A DNA stretch of 64,000 nt. Source: Lama glama. Lineage: Eukaryota. The notes under the pieces were generated by a model that was not told the DNA's origin, did no database searches, and was given only the letters and a program-made list of their open reading frames with translations. How positions within the stretch are numbered: the first letter of the stretch is position 1; each line of letters opens with the position of its first letter. This document shows, piece by piece, positions 13,701 to 26,760 of this stretch. The position numbers and the translations under genes were made by a program. The stretch is from assembly GCA_028534125.1 (NCBI GenBank), contig CM052816.1:83950001-84014000 (forward strand), given 5' to 3'.

Positions 13701-14184
13701 GTATATTTTCTTCAAAGAAGACAAATGTTTAAATTTCATTTTAGCAATCAAAGTGTTAAATGTTTAGTCTGGTAATTGTTCTTGGATTCCTGGATGAGTT
13801 TGCTAATATTCAGATTAATTTTAATATTCAATGATTTATTGTCTCTGAAATTATCTTTTTGGTTGGAAATAACGGTTCACACAGAGAGAGCTCTGATAGT
13901 TAATCAGCAGCCACAAACACTTGCGGGGCTTTTATTCCCCTCCTGAGAACAGCATAAGGACTAGACCTTACATGCCAACAAGATGTAAAAGAATTAAAAT
14001 GAGGACAACCTATTTCCTTGGATTAACAACAACAACAACAAGAAAAACACCATTTATTATCAGTTATTAACAGTAAGCCATATAATGAAACACTTCCTCT
14101 CCAACGTTTCTCTTGTACCTTGACTCTGGACCTCTTTCTCCACAAAAAATTAATCCTACTTTTGTGTCCTCTCACTTTTGTCCC

Positions 14185-14388
14185 CTCAGCCTGTGTGTTG
14201 TCTGCACCCTAAGCTTCTCTACTTAAAAGGACACCGGTCATGTTGGGTGAGGGCCCACCCATGTGACTTAATTTTACTTCAGTTACCTCTTTAAAAGCCC
14301 AAACTCCAAATACATTCAATTGCAAGGTATTAGGGGTTAGGGCTTCAACCTGTGAATTTTGAGGATACACAATTCAGCTATAATAACA
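14185..14388 (-). mobile_element. MLT1A/B LTR fragment (5' terminus of the LTR)
   Basis: 'aaggacaccggtcatgttggg...ggggttagggcttcaacctgtgaattttgaggatacacaattcagctataataaca'. Confidence 0.85.
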
Positions 14389-15263
14389 GACAGTTAGTCT
14401 TAACGCTTTTGACTTTGAGACCAACAATGGATCAAGCCTGCCCCAATTTAGACATGGAGAGGCAAACTATAGCAAACAGAGCCCTTGGCATCTTGGGATT
14501 AAGGGGCAAGGATGGAAGTGATGAGACTCAGAGCACCAGTAGAGATACTCAGTGCCCTTCATTGCAAGGATTCAGGACCTTCTATATGATTGAGTTTAAA
14601 GGTTTGTGCAAACCTTCAATATTCTTTCCTTTCTCTTTTTGACAAAAGCACAAAGGAAACATGAACGTGGTTTAGCATTAGTGAAATAGGCCTTTTTTTT
14701 TGATAATAAAATGATACATCTAGATAAATATTACACTTGTAACATCTATGCTAAGTGATCATGCTAATATAGTAGGATCAAGAAATTTTGTTGTTGTTGT
14801 TATGGCCTCTGTATGCGCTTGTACCCTGTATGCCCTTTATCTTTTCACCTCTTGAAAATAAATCTTGTTCTTTACTGTTCTTTTTTTCCATTCCATCTAC
14901 TTGCCATTACCCAAACAATGAGAGACCATAGGACCGAATCCTCCCTCTTCCTTGATCGTCCTTGATCAACTACAGCAAAACTTTGCAGGACTCCAAACTT
15001 GCAGAACTTTGGCTGACCCAATCTCACTAATGTCCTATGAAGCATTCCTTTTTTTTTTCTTGCCTAAATTAGTTCACTCTTACAGGGTCTTCAAATAAAT
15101 GCTCTCATGGATTTTATTCCACAAAAAATTAACAGTTCAAGGGTTTTAACTAGAAAATTAATTTTTAAGAAATCAAAACATAGATGATGCAAAACATTCT
15201 GTGAGTATATGACATCCTTCTCTTTCATTAACAGCTAAATCTGCTTTTGAAATAGACAATGCC

Positions 15264-15771
15264 TATTTATACAATGGAATACTATTCAGCCATAAAAACC
15301 GACAACATAATGCCATTTGCAGCAACATGGATGCTCCTGGAGAATGTCATTCTAAGTGAAGTAAGCCAGAAAGAGAAAGAAAAATACCATATGAGATCGC
15401 TTATATGTGGAATTTAAAAACAAACAAACAAACAAACAAAAAAACAAAGCATAAATATGAAACAGAAATAGACTCATAGATATAGAATACAAACTTGTGG
15501 TTGCCAAGGGGGCAGGGGGTGGAAAGGGATAGACTGGGATTTCAAAACTGTAGAATAGATAAACAAGATTATACTATATAGCACAGGGAAATATAAACAA
15601 GATCTTATGGTAGCTCACAGAGAAAAAAATGTGACAATAAATATATACATGTTCATGTATAGCTGAAAATTTGTGCTCTACACTGGAATTTGACACAACA
15701 TTGTAAAATGATTATAAATCAATAAAAAAATATTAAAAAAAAGTGGTAACACTGCAAAAAAAAAAAAAAAA
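15264..15771 (+). mobile_element. Young 5'-truncated artiodactyl/camelid L1: ORF2 C-terminus, 3' UTR and poly(A), with 15-bp TSD
   Basis: Open ORF2 tail IYTMEYYSAIKTDNIMPFAATWMLLENVILSEVSQKEKEKYHMRSLICGI* (15265-15417). TSD gaaatagacaatgcc (15249-15263) / gaaatagacattgcc (15772-15786). A16 tail. Confidence 0.95.
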
Positions 15772-16139
15772 GAAATAGACATTGCCAGTTTAAATTTTCA
15801 CAGTACAAACTGCTATGCCCATCTGACCTTCAACTTCATAATTAGAGATTACCCAGAATTATCCTTCTGGAATATTGTGAAGCAGGAAGCTACATAAAAA
15901 GAAGTGGTTGTTGATTTGTTTAAAAAAAAATGAACAAAAATATACCTACTAAATGACCTTGTTATCTACACGGTCACATTATGGAACTATCTATAATTGG
16001 TGATAAATCAGTCTTTTTTGTATTTCCAAGAATAAGGTCCTTTGAGCTCTCTCTGCTTTTGAAGTACTTTGATGGGATTTCTAGTTTCAGCCAATTGCTT
16101 TCAAGCTTCTCAGGTAAACACTGCTAAATATATCATCTG

Positions 16140-16310
16140 CAATATGTCTCAAACTTTAATGTAGATATGATTTGCATTATATTGGAATCTTTTAAAATGC
16201 AGATTTTAATTTTGCAACTTTAGGTGTCTCTCAATTTCTGTATTTCTAACAAACTTCCAAGTTATGCTAGTGCTTTTGGGCTATTCAAAATATATTTTGA
16301 ATAGCAAGGC
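16140..16310. mobile_element. MER5-like hAT-Charlie MITE
   Basis: 'tctcaaacttt...ttaaaatgcagatt...tctgtatttctaacaaacttccaagttatgct...tttgaatagcaagg'. Confidence 0.65.
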
Positions 16311-17879
16311 TTTAAATTGTCAGATCTATTAGGCTCAATTCTACACATAGGCTTCTGAATATTTTTGCCCTGTGAATTCTAATAGGAATCTCATAACATG
16401 TCTCCTTACAACCTTTTTCTTGTGTCCAGACTCCTCCACCACCCTGATATTTCACATACTTTCTGCAGAATTTTATGTCTCCTTCCTTTTATATCTACTG
16501 CTCATCTCTTGATTGTATGACTCCCTTTCTTAAAAACTGGAGATTTTCTAATAACTTCCCAACAAGACAGGTAATTATACCCACAGTGTCATATACTGTT
16601 TTTATCATCTTGCAGTATAGCAGGCAGTCCCTTAACCAGGCATGTTTGAATTAATTGTCGTTCTTCCCAAATTCATCAAAGCATCTGAGATAAGGCAGGA
16701 CAACATACTAAAAACAAAACAAAACAAAACAAAAACCAAAAAACAAATAAGACCAGAGAAAGAAATGGAATTACAAAAATGAAAACATGAGTTTATTATT
16801 TTCAAACTTACACTACACATATAAAATATCTAACATTAGATACCTACCCTGAATTGTCCATCTCATACAAGTCTCCGTATGTAGTTTCATACTCTGTTTC
16901 CACATTTTGGCTTTTTTCCTACTAAGTCAGAGAATTTTCAGGCTGTCTTTTCAAAGAGGAATATATAAATAAGAGGGGTCCAAGGACTCTGGTCACGGAG
17001 AATAGCAACAATTAAGGTTGATGGCGGCAGTCAATCATTTTATGGTGGTTGTTCATCTTCTACACTTTCAATACTCTTTTTGCTTTAGGAGAAGACAGAA
17101 AAGTCTTTTGGAAAGATAAAGAATTACTAGGTGAATTAAGTTCAAGTGGAGAATACATGATCCAATGTACAATTTTTCTAATACCTTTAAAAACCAAATG
17201 CCTTGTTCACCACTGGCAAGCTAAATTCCACATTTACCATCTATGCATCTAAATTCTGTAATTGCAGTCTATTTCCCAACCAGAAAATTACTCTTTCTCT
17301 TCCCAAACTTAATTTAAACTGTTGTCATATCACTAAAATAGACATTTCGAAAATCAGGTCAACTACAGACTTGAACACATTATAGTGAACTTACTCGGCT
17401 CCTTCCAGAGCTGTTATCCCCATGCCCTTGTGTTTAAAGCACCTTGACAAACCCTGTTTGTTTGTTTTTTTGTTGTTAACAAGAAAGTATCTTGAGAGCG
17501 AGCATCTACAGAATAATGAACAAAACAATCCTGAAATGCACGCAAACATCCAACAGGGTTTGTTTCTCATGTCTGCTCAGGGGAAGATATTAACTGGCAA
17601 GGAAGTAGATTTAGACTTTTAAAATAGATACTGTGAAGTACCAAGGGTTTAGACTTGATGTTGATTTATTGTTCTTTCAAACTTCTCTGCTACTTACAAT
17701 ACCGAAACATACAGATATGGAAAATGTTGACTTAACTATAACCCTAACTACATCCTTACAGAGTAAATGACACAAAAATCTACACAATGACTCAAAAATC
17801 CTTGTCTTGGTAAAAATAAAATATGCTTTTTCACAGCAAATATTTTACTATAAATGTTTGCAATCAGAAATCATTGAGT

Positions 17880-18015
17880 TGGCGGGGGAAGGTATAGCTC
17901 AGTGGTAGAGTGTGAGGTCCTGGGTTCGCGCCCCAGTACATCTATTACAAATAAATAAATAAGTAAAACCTAATTACCCCCTGTCAAAAAAGCCAAAACC
18001 AACAAAAATTTTTTT
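17880..18015 (+). mobile_element. Camelid Vic-1-like tRNA-derived SINE with TSD
   Basis: A box 'tagctcagtggtaga', B box 'gggttcgcgccc', tail 'aaataaataaataagtaaaacctaattacccc'. Flanking repeat tcattgagt at 17871-17879 and 18021-18029. Confidence 0.85.
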
Positions 18016-18254
18016 AAAAGTCATTGAGTAGCTTCTCACTATGCAGCAGGGCTGAGTATTTGAACAAGATCTCAGCTTCTAATATTGCATCATGTATTTT
18101 TGTCAAGTATTTTGTAATCTTGAATTCATACAATGAAACTATTAAAATATACTGTGAATAATTTTCAATAAATTCCCTTCATTTTGAAAATCCAACAATT
18201 CAAAAAAGTTTTCTTTTGAGGTTTTTACTCCATTTTGGTATTTATGTTAAACAT

Positions 18255-18470
18255 GAGGGGGAAAGGAATTAAATTTGGAACAAGAAATGTTCAAACTTTC
18301 GCATTGACCACTTAAACAACCTAATTTGACTCCCATTTAACTCATCTGTAAAGTAAAACATAGATTACATACTGGATTTCTGTTAAGGTTAAAGAGCACA
18401 ATGAATGTAAAATTGTAATAAGAGGTTTATTTTATGGAACTTCTATAAATGGTAGTGACTACTATTTTAT
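18255..18470 (+). mobile_element. MIR fragment
   Basis: 'ctcatctgtaaagtaaaacatagattac...gttaaggttaaagagcacaatgaatgtaaa...ataaatggtag'. Confidence 0.55.
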
Positions 18471-18964
18471 TGCCTTTAACCATTAAATGAATATATTTTC
18501 ACTATGATTATTATAAATTTACAAGCACTGCACAAAATATCTGAGTATTTAGATAAGCCTCGCCATGAATTTCTATCTTGGCTCACTAGTTCATAAGTCA
18601 CTACAGAATAGTAGTTAAAAGAATGGATGTTGGTATCAAGTATACGTTCAAATTCCATGTTCTCTCATTGTGAGTTCAACTTTTTAGCCTACATTTTCTC
18701 AACTTCATGCATTTATACACATATGATTGTCTCGCAGGCTTTTGTATGAAGTCATTTGAAATGAACAAATGTGACGTATTTAACTGAAAACATGGCCTAA
18801 CAGTTCTGTTGCCTCTCCTTCCCATGGTGGTAGATATATTTCTAATTCACAAAATGGGAATAACAACTCTTTATTGACGCCTAAGTGTTTTTATACTGCA
18901 TTGTTCTTTCAGCAACATCAAAAACAGAAGCTAAGCTTTATTCTCTCTTTTGTAAGAGGTCTGC

Positions 18965-19464
18965 NNNNNNNNNNNNNNNNNNNNNNNNNNNNNNNNNNNN
19001 NNNNNNNNNNNNNNNNNNNNNNNNNNNNNNNNNNNNNNNNNNNNNNNNNNNNNNNNNNNNNNNNNNNNNNNNNNNNNNNNNNNNNNNNNNNNNNNNNNNN
19101 NNNNNNNNNNNNNNNNNNNNNNNNNNNNNNNNNNNNNNNNNNNNNNNNNNNNNNNNNNNNNNNNNNNNNNNNNNNNNNNNNNNNNNNNNNNNNNNNNNNN
19201 NNNNNNNNNNNNNNNNNNNNNNNNNNNNNNNNNNNNNNNNNNNNNNNNNNNNNNNNNNNNNNNNNNNNNNNNNNNNNNNNNNNNNNNNNNNNNNNNNNNN
19301 NNNNNNNNNNNNNNNNNNNNNNNNNNNNNNNNNNNNNNNNNNNNNNNNNNNNNNNNNNNNNNNNNNNNNNNNNNNNNNNNNNNNNNNNNNNNNNNNNNNN
19401 NNNNNNNNNNNNNNNNNNNNNNNNNNNNNNNNNNNNNNNNNNNNNNNNNNNNNNNNNNNNNNNN
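18965..19464. other. Assembly gap (500 N)
   Basis: Run of exactly 500 N, probably a fixed-size scaffold spacer. Confidence 1.
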
Positions 19465-20821
19465 TGTAGAAATACGAATTTTCCACATATCTCACAAGGA
19501 GAGGAGAAGGCTTGATGACAGCAATGGGAATTTTTCATTCAAGTGACCTCTGAATGTTTGCCTGCCATGTTCCCTGGTCACAGATGATATATATGAAGTT
19601 ACTTCTGCCATGGAGACTGGATAATCAGGTGACAACACCTTTTATAAGCCTAACGCAAGTTCTAAACACTTGAGACTGGAGAATGCCACTCTCTTGATTC
19701 ATGGCAACCTTCTGTTCAGCATCTCATTCTTGGATTCCTCTTCTGGTTCAAGGATCTGCCCTTTTAACTGTTTCTTCCTGGAGTTTTTAAGTTTATTAGC
19801 CACCATATATGCACCTTCTCCATAAAAAACCCCGCTCTCATCTCTCTTCCCTCATCTGTCTCATATTCAAGCAGGAAGAATTTCATACATTAATCTAGAG
19901 TGTAATCACAGCTAACATTCGTCCAGTATTCTGACGGCACTAGATAATAGAATAACTTTGTTGGCATTACTAGACATTAGAATACTGACATCACTAGATG
20001 TTAAGATATCCAGAACTTCCACACTTGCTGATATCTAGTGAATATCCCCTAAGGACTGCCTGCCTCTTCTGCTGCCATAGAATTTCACCAGGAACTCCCC
20101 CCACCAATATTGCCATGATCCAGAAACTACAGGATCCATCCTGGCATAGAAGAGGCATTCCCAAGTTATATGCCAGTGCAACAATCGCTATCTGTGATTG
20201 TTCATTTCCTTTGCTTTAAGTGGTGTCATTTTTTTTCACTTTTAACAGAGCAGGAAAATGAGATGCACAGAGGTTGTGTAAGATGCAGAGCTTCTGCTCA
20301 AACCTTGTCAGCTCTGCATCCCTCATCCTGCAGCACTTCTCGTCTGGCCTAAAAGATTAAGTTTGGTCTAATTAAATATGACATTGATATTAACAGTTTT
20401 GTGGCTTAACTCACAATAAGGATATGGGATGTATAAAATATCTTAGCTACAGTTTCTAAGTTTGTAACATTTTTATGCAATTGTTCTTGCTCAGCACCAG
20501 TAGGAGAAGCTTTAGCATAATGAACAGAATCATTAATGTTAAAAGTAGCTCTCTACATAATGAAACAAAAAAAGTATCTATGTCTATAAATTTTTTTTAA
20601 AAAGCCATTGGAAGAGTCTGATGTTATTATTCCCCAGGAAACATTGTGTTCCAGGCAGGTGCACTGATTTTTAGAAAGGGACAGATGCATTAATTAAAAA
20701 CAAACAAACAAACAACTTAGCAAGCATTTACAAAACAATTTAAAGCAATATATTTGGGGAGTAATTTTTAGCAATTTGATAAACAGTTTCCACTCTGCTT
20801 AGATTCTTTGATGAGCAACAT

Positions 20822-20834
20822 TGTGTGTGTGTGC

Positions 20835-20882
<48 letters not shown>

Positions 20883-20888
20883 AGAGAA
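20822..20888. repeat. (TG)n microsatellite followed by short (AG)n
   Basis: Seen directly. Confidence 0.95.
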
Positions 20889-21529
20889 AGATTTAAATTC
20901 AGATCAAAATCTAAATTGTATGAGTTCATATTACATACTGTTTTAAAATATTTTCATATATATCACCCTCGGAGTAATGCACAAACAGAACATCCATGAA
21001 AGGAGGGAAGGGTTACTCAGAAAAAGCATTTCCTTTGCCCTTCTCCTGAAGAAGCTGATAATCCAACGTTTTGCAGAAAGGCAAATCCTGCCCTAGAACA
21101 TGCCGCACTGTTCAGAACACCTCAGAGAACTTACTGCTATTGCATTAAGAAGAATTTGAACATGTTTATCCTGCTAAATATGTTTTATTAATTCTTTTTG
21201 ACTCCTAATCAAATAATGAAGTGGATGACATAGTTTGTGTTTCTCCACGTATGCCCAGGCTTTTCAAGTTGCTTCACACTTTCTCTTTTTTGTGTTGTTC
21301 CACATCCAACATCTCAACACTCTGATTTTCAAACGGTCCTGTCCCTTATCTCTCCTGTTTCCTCCTTGCTCCCATACCTTCATGAATTCTGAAAATGAAC
21401 CTTTGCATGTTTATTAGTTTCTGTCTAGCTTCAGTTTCACCAACAAGTTTAGTTTTATGAACTGCAACTGAAAAGTTGCAATACGTGATTTGATGACTAT
21501 CTTCAGTTTTATGTTTGGCTCACACACCC

Positions 21530-21670
21530 TAAGCCAGAGTCCTCAGAAGAAACCAACCCTGCCTACTGGTATCTTGCTCTGACTTTTAGCCTCTGGATTG
21601 TAAGAAAACAATTTTTTTTTGTTTGGCCACCCAGTTTGTGGTGCTCTGTCCTAGCAGCCCAAACATACAG
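21530..21670 (+). mobile_element. MLT1 LTR 3' fragment
   Basis: 'cagaagaaaccaaccctgcc...gacttttagcctct...gccacccagtttgtggt...gcagccc'. Confidence 0.75.
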
Positions 21671-21687
21671 TATAGTTAGTAAGTAAG

Positions 21688-22338
21688 AAGTCTGGTTTCC
21701 GGACAAAATCCTACCAGGCTTTTTAGGCCCAACCATAGTCCATTACAGAGGCTTTATTTGACAGATCTCACGGGAGTTAGCTTCCCCTACACCAGACACG
21801 GTTCTCAGCCAACGCACCGTAGTCTCTGAAGGGCACTGCCGTGGAAGAACCAGGCCCCCTTCTGGCCAGCCACGCTCTTGTGTGTATATGCGGTCCTAGC
21901 ATAGGGGCCACCTTGGAGGTCTCGTTCATTGTCAGGGTCCCTTCTCCAGACATCCCTGCAAAGATCTCCTTATGAAGAAGGAGGAGAAGCTTGAAGACAC
22001 TTTTCTGGGTGTCTTGGTACTTTTTGATTCATAATTCTTTCTCCCTGCCTTCTCCTGGCTCCCGTGGCTAATAAATGGCAGTGGATTTTTGTCCAGTGAT
22101 CCCTGGGCAATGAGACAATTGCCCCTTTTCTGCGCTGATGCATCTGACCCTGGCGTGATGCCTGTGGTGAAAAATAAAACATGACGGCCGCTGACATTGT
22201 TTTCTGCTTATTCTCTGCTTCTCCTGCTGCAATAAGCAATTAAAGTCTTGACCGTTATTTTAATTTCGGCTTCTTGTCTTAATCGACTCCTCTAACAGCG
22301 ACAGCTCAGTTCTCCCCAGCTCAGCTCAGCTCTAGACA
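21688..22338 (+). mobile_element. Probable solo LTR (ERVL-like; family uncertain)
   Basis: About 650-bp GC-richer island with 'aataaa' (about 22070), 'attaaagtcttg' (about 22239) and a ...'ctcagctctagaca' (CA) terminus. No clear TSD. Confidence 0.55.
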
Positions 22339-22949
22339 ATTCGCAGTTGATGGAAGAGGTGCGTGACTCAACTTTAGGCCTAGTTTTCGCTCCTGCTCCA
22401 AGTGAAAAGTCACAGTGTAGAATCAGGAATGGAAGAAACATGTCTAACCTTCATGAGGTGTTTACTTCCTTCTGAGGTGATAATCTTGACTGTGAGGAGT
22501 CAAATTTAGTATTCCTGGTTCAAAGTAATAAATGCAACTCGAGCTGATATTTCAATATTCAATATTCATTATGTACAAATGATTAAGCATTAATTAAGTT
22601 TGTTAAAGGATTTTAGGAAGCTTATAAAACTTTTAGAAGAACTGGAGGACCTAATTCAGTAACAGGTTTCCAGAGACAACAACTAAGATCCTCATGCAGA
22701 ACTGGGGTGACCGGAAAATGTCATTGCTGCCACCAACATGTGTATACAAAGAGCATGTGTCCCTCTGGCTGGAGGAATTCAAACTTGTGACTATTATTAC
22801 CATCATATTCACCAGTGAAAGAGAGAGAGAGGATATCTTAGTAACTTCCTACCTCTGTCCCAGATCCTTGGTCAAAGTCAAGAAGGGATGTGCATGACAG
22901 GCAGAGACAACAGCATGTGTCTGGGTGTCCGCGATACTCAGGAGCTGTG

Positions 22950-23180
22950 GAGTCATGTGGCTAAGACCACAGACTCTGATGCCCCACTGCCCATCTGTCA
23001 CACTAAAAAGCTGTGTAACCTTCTGTAAGTTTCTTAACCTCTCTCTACCTCCAGGTCTTCAGTGTAAAACAAGAATAAAAGTGGTAAAACCACACTGGGT
23101 TCTTCTAAGGAATAAATAATTTTAAATAAATATAACATTTAGAACAATGCATGGAACATTCTTAGCATTATTATTAGTCC
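22950..23180 (+). mobile_element. MIR
   Basis: 'agctgtgtaaccttctgtaagtttcttaacctctctctacctccaggtcttcagtgtaaaacaagaataa'. Confidence 0.75.
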
Positions 23181-24733
23181 ATAGTTTTAAGTGAAAGAGA
23201 GACAAGGAGACATGATTATCAAGTACTGCTTGTTCCCATCGGGTGGGATGGGATTCTGATCTGGATCACACATGAAAAACAGGGAGCTCTCCAAATATTC
23301 CATGTCATCCAGCTTTTAGCTAACTAAAATTGAAAACTTCATCATAAGAGGCTAGGAAATATCTTCTTCCTTCTTGCATATCTAGAATATACTACATATG
23401 AGAATAGACTATATATTTTATCCTCTACAGATATTACATATGTGAATTAATGTTATATACAACTCTGTGATTGTTTATGTGGTTCAAGAGGTAATTTCTG
23501 GGGGGAAAAAAAAAAAACATTGCTTGTGACCATGCTCTGTGGATTTCTAAAATGGAACAGATGAGTGGAGGTCTTGTGAAAGATCATCCTCCTTCAATCA
23601 GACTTTTGAGCTCTGGTGTATCTGTCAAAAATCTATCCCTGATTAATGAGCTAAATATACTGAGACCAGATGATTCCGACGTGGAGGAACGCATTGTGAG
23701 GAGGAGGAGTGTGACGCCTGAGGGGAGGGTTTCAAGACAAAAATCAATCCATGAAAGTAAAAGGGAGGAGAGCCTGAACACTAGAGCAGGGAAGGTCCAC
23801 CCCTGGCATCACTTTGGCACTGCCTTTTTGTTCCTGTCTCTGGATCAGTGCACTTAATTCCTCACTGCAGTTAAGTCTCTGTAAGGGGAAAAGAGGGAAA
23901 AAAATGCTCTTTTCATTGGTTCCTAGGGTACAGCATTGCTTTAGACTAGTATGTGAAAACTTATCCTGGTTATACTAGTTTATTATATTTATTTTATTTA
24001 AATTTAATAATAAAACAGAAAGGCAAGGGATGTGCAACTTTCTTTAGTGTGTACAATAAAAGTTAAAGGAAAACTAGCAAAAATAATTGGGGACAAATCT
24101 TATTGGAGGACTACGAAGTAAAATGTATTATTATTATTATTATTGCTGTTTAGTCAACAACTATAGTACTAATGAGGTATACATGATCGAGTACATTTAT
24201 ATTTTTAGTAATAACATGGATTTTGTCTTTAATTTTGTCCCAGGAATTGAGTATAGTCAGTTGTAATTTCTGAAACCCACACTTGTCCAGTAAAGCTCAA
24301 CAGAATAAAATAAACACTAATAAATTAATACTGGAAATGTTCCCCTGTATTGTCTCAGAGAACATCAAAATTGAATGGATAGAGAGATATTTAACAAAGC
24401 TTGAACATGTCAAACACATGGTAAAACTTTAAGGACACAAACATTTGTGTATTGTGTTTAAAGCGTCACTTAAGGTAAATTACAATGGCAAAATCAACAG
24501 AAAATACAGTGAAAAGTTTTCAAAAGAGTGAAATGTCTTCAAATCTAGGTTAACACTCTTGTGCCTTTAATAGATATTGCAATAGTCTCGAAAAGTTGCT
24601 AGAAGAAATACCACTGAAAAATTAATTCAGAATAGACCTAAAATCAAAGAATAAAGGACTTGATATCAAACTAAAAAATATAAGTGTACATATATGTATA
24701 TATTTATTTGTTAACCCTATGAAGAACAAATAC

Positions 24734-25222
24734 TGTTAAATAAAATTTTAGAAAAGGAGATCTGATTGAAATAAAGAGGTATTTATTTGTGGTTTGTTAG
24801 GATGGCAGCCAAGGAAACACAGATTCAAGAAGCACTGGAATTGTGTTCCACTAGACTACAACTTGGAGAAAGCTTATAAAGGCAAAAACCACAAGGGTAT
24901 GGCGTAACTATTTTACAGAAGTTGTTTGTCAAGAGTCATAATTGGAGTCAGCAAGAAGAAAGGGTGCTTGTTAAGCAAGGATTGGCAGGGGTCTGAAAGG
25001 GTTGCATAGTTGCAAAGGAGAACAACCTTGAGACCACAAGTTTGCAGCCAGTAGATGTTGTTTTACAAATAGCAGGTATCCTTGGGTTTAGTGTAGTTCA
25101 CAGAAATTTCATGTTCTCAGTGGTTCAAGGACATGTCTAAGACCAGGTCCTCAATGGCCACCTGACTCTGTTTTGTATGCCTGAACTATGATGACTCCAT
25201 CATGATTTCAATCTCTCGTTCA
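24734..25222 (-). mobile_element. ERV1 (MER4-group-like) solo LTR
   Basis: TG...CA-bounded about 490-bp element with antisense poly(A) signal 'tttatt' (about 24782), 'ggaaacacagattcaagaagcact' and antisense TATA 'cttataaagg'. Confidence 0.65.
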
Positions 25223-25419
25223 TATATAAATATATATTTATAAGGACGTGAAAAACATGTCTAAAAAGGGATTAAAAATAAAGAGGAGCTTAAAAGAGGA
25301 CACTGAAAATGAGAACCACTGGAAGGTATATTGACTTCTATAAAAACTATATGCTTAATTCCCTGGTTTTTTAATCAATAATTTTGTACAACCGATTTCA
25401 AATAGTAATTTAAGCTTAC

Positions 25420-25860
25420 TCATAAATTTAGAAAATAAAAAAGATTAAAAGGAAACTATGATTCACCAACAAAGAACACCCCAATAATTGTGTATTTTTT
25501 GTTTTTTAGTTCTATTCGTTTTACGAGCATAAACTTCTTTCTATACTCTTGCAGTTATAACAAATAATACTTTATATTTTTCTCTTAATATCATGTGAAA
25601 CTTTTTAATGTTTTAATTGGGTTAAAAATTACAAATGAAATTTTCTTAATCATGATCATATTGCTAAGTAACTTTTCATGTAAATCTTTGTCTATGCTTA
25701 TGACTACTTTTGGTATAGTCTTAAAAGCCATTTAATATTTATGTGAATATGTAATACTATGATGCATATTTTATTTCTATGATAGTGTGCAGATTTGTCT
25801 TTTACTTTAAGATATTTTAGGGCAATTTGGGATTACTGTGACGAAGGATATAGCTCCTTT
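25420..25860 (-). mobile_element. Very old L1 3' region, antisense
   Basis: Weak motifs ('gtaatactatgatgcatatt', 'gggattactgtgacgaaggata'). Confidence 0.4.
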
Positions 25861-26760
25861 AGTGAAAAACAAAGCACATTAAGGGTAACCTGTCGATAAG
25901 AAATTAATTCCCACTATAACTAAAAATGAAAAAGACAAACAAAAGCCTGTCAAGAACCTAACGACAGTTAAAATCACACTATCTGGGAAAAGGTAGAGTG
26001 CAGAGTTCATTTTAGGTCTGGATGTCTTATAGCTTGTTCTATGATCCCTTTAAATCACCATTTACTCATCCAGTTATAGGGGAAAGAGTGAGAAAGAGAG
26101 AAGTTTCTCCTTAGCCTGACCCAAGGACACTCATCCTACTCAATGAGTTTAACACATGGAAATGAGAAGGAAAACAAACATAATTATTACTTTAAGTTAC
26201 AAAAGCCTCATTCACTAGTGACACAGAGCCTAAGGCAACTTGTAAGTGATGACAACTCAGATTGGCCACAATTCCTTTTTCATGGATAAGTAACTAAATG
26301 ATACACTTGAAAGAAGGACTAGAATAGTTCCTTAGGATTTTGTCTTTAATTGACAAATCTGAAGCACAAGAGAAGTGGCAAAGATCTCTTTACCGAACTG
26401 ATTTACATTTTTAACAAAATAAGAATATATCCAGTTCAACCATCTTAAATTGCATATTTTTTAATGTACCTTAAGCATCACTAATAGCTTATTATGATTA
26501 TAATCTGTTTTAAAGTTTACTAGTTAATAAGTATCACTTTTGCTGATGCTGTAATAACTATTTGCATTTAATGACTTACCATCCCCAGTTTTTGGCCTTT
26601 TTGACAACTTGAGCTCAGGGCCTACCCCTACTGTTCCCAAATTGTAAGAGCTTTTTGGAAAGTAAGCTCTTTTCTTGATAATATTTACTACCAATAAGTT
26701 GACTTCAAAAAATACTTCCTAATATATGCTTTGTCACTAGGAGTTTCACTCATTCATTTC

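Noticed and set aside
15264..15417. Functional CDS
   Set aside because: Only the last 50 codons of L1 ORF2 in a 5'-truncated copy.
17880..17945. tRNA gene
   Set aside because: Has A/B boxes but lacks the anticodon arm and carries an A-rich tail and TSD, so it is a SINE.
18874..19538. Five long ORFs (185-213 aa) in the ORF track
   Set aside because: Artefacts of translating through the 500-N gap.
23552..23857. 101-aa ATG-initiated ORF (MEQMSGGLVK...)
   Set aside because: No recognisable domain or homolog, no supporting splice or promoter context, and an overlapping antisense ORF. The length is compatible with chance. A blastp/PhyloCSF hit would reopen it.
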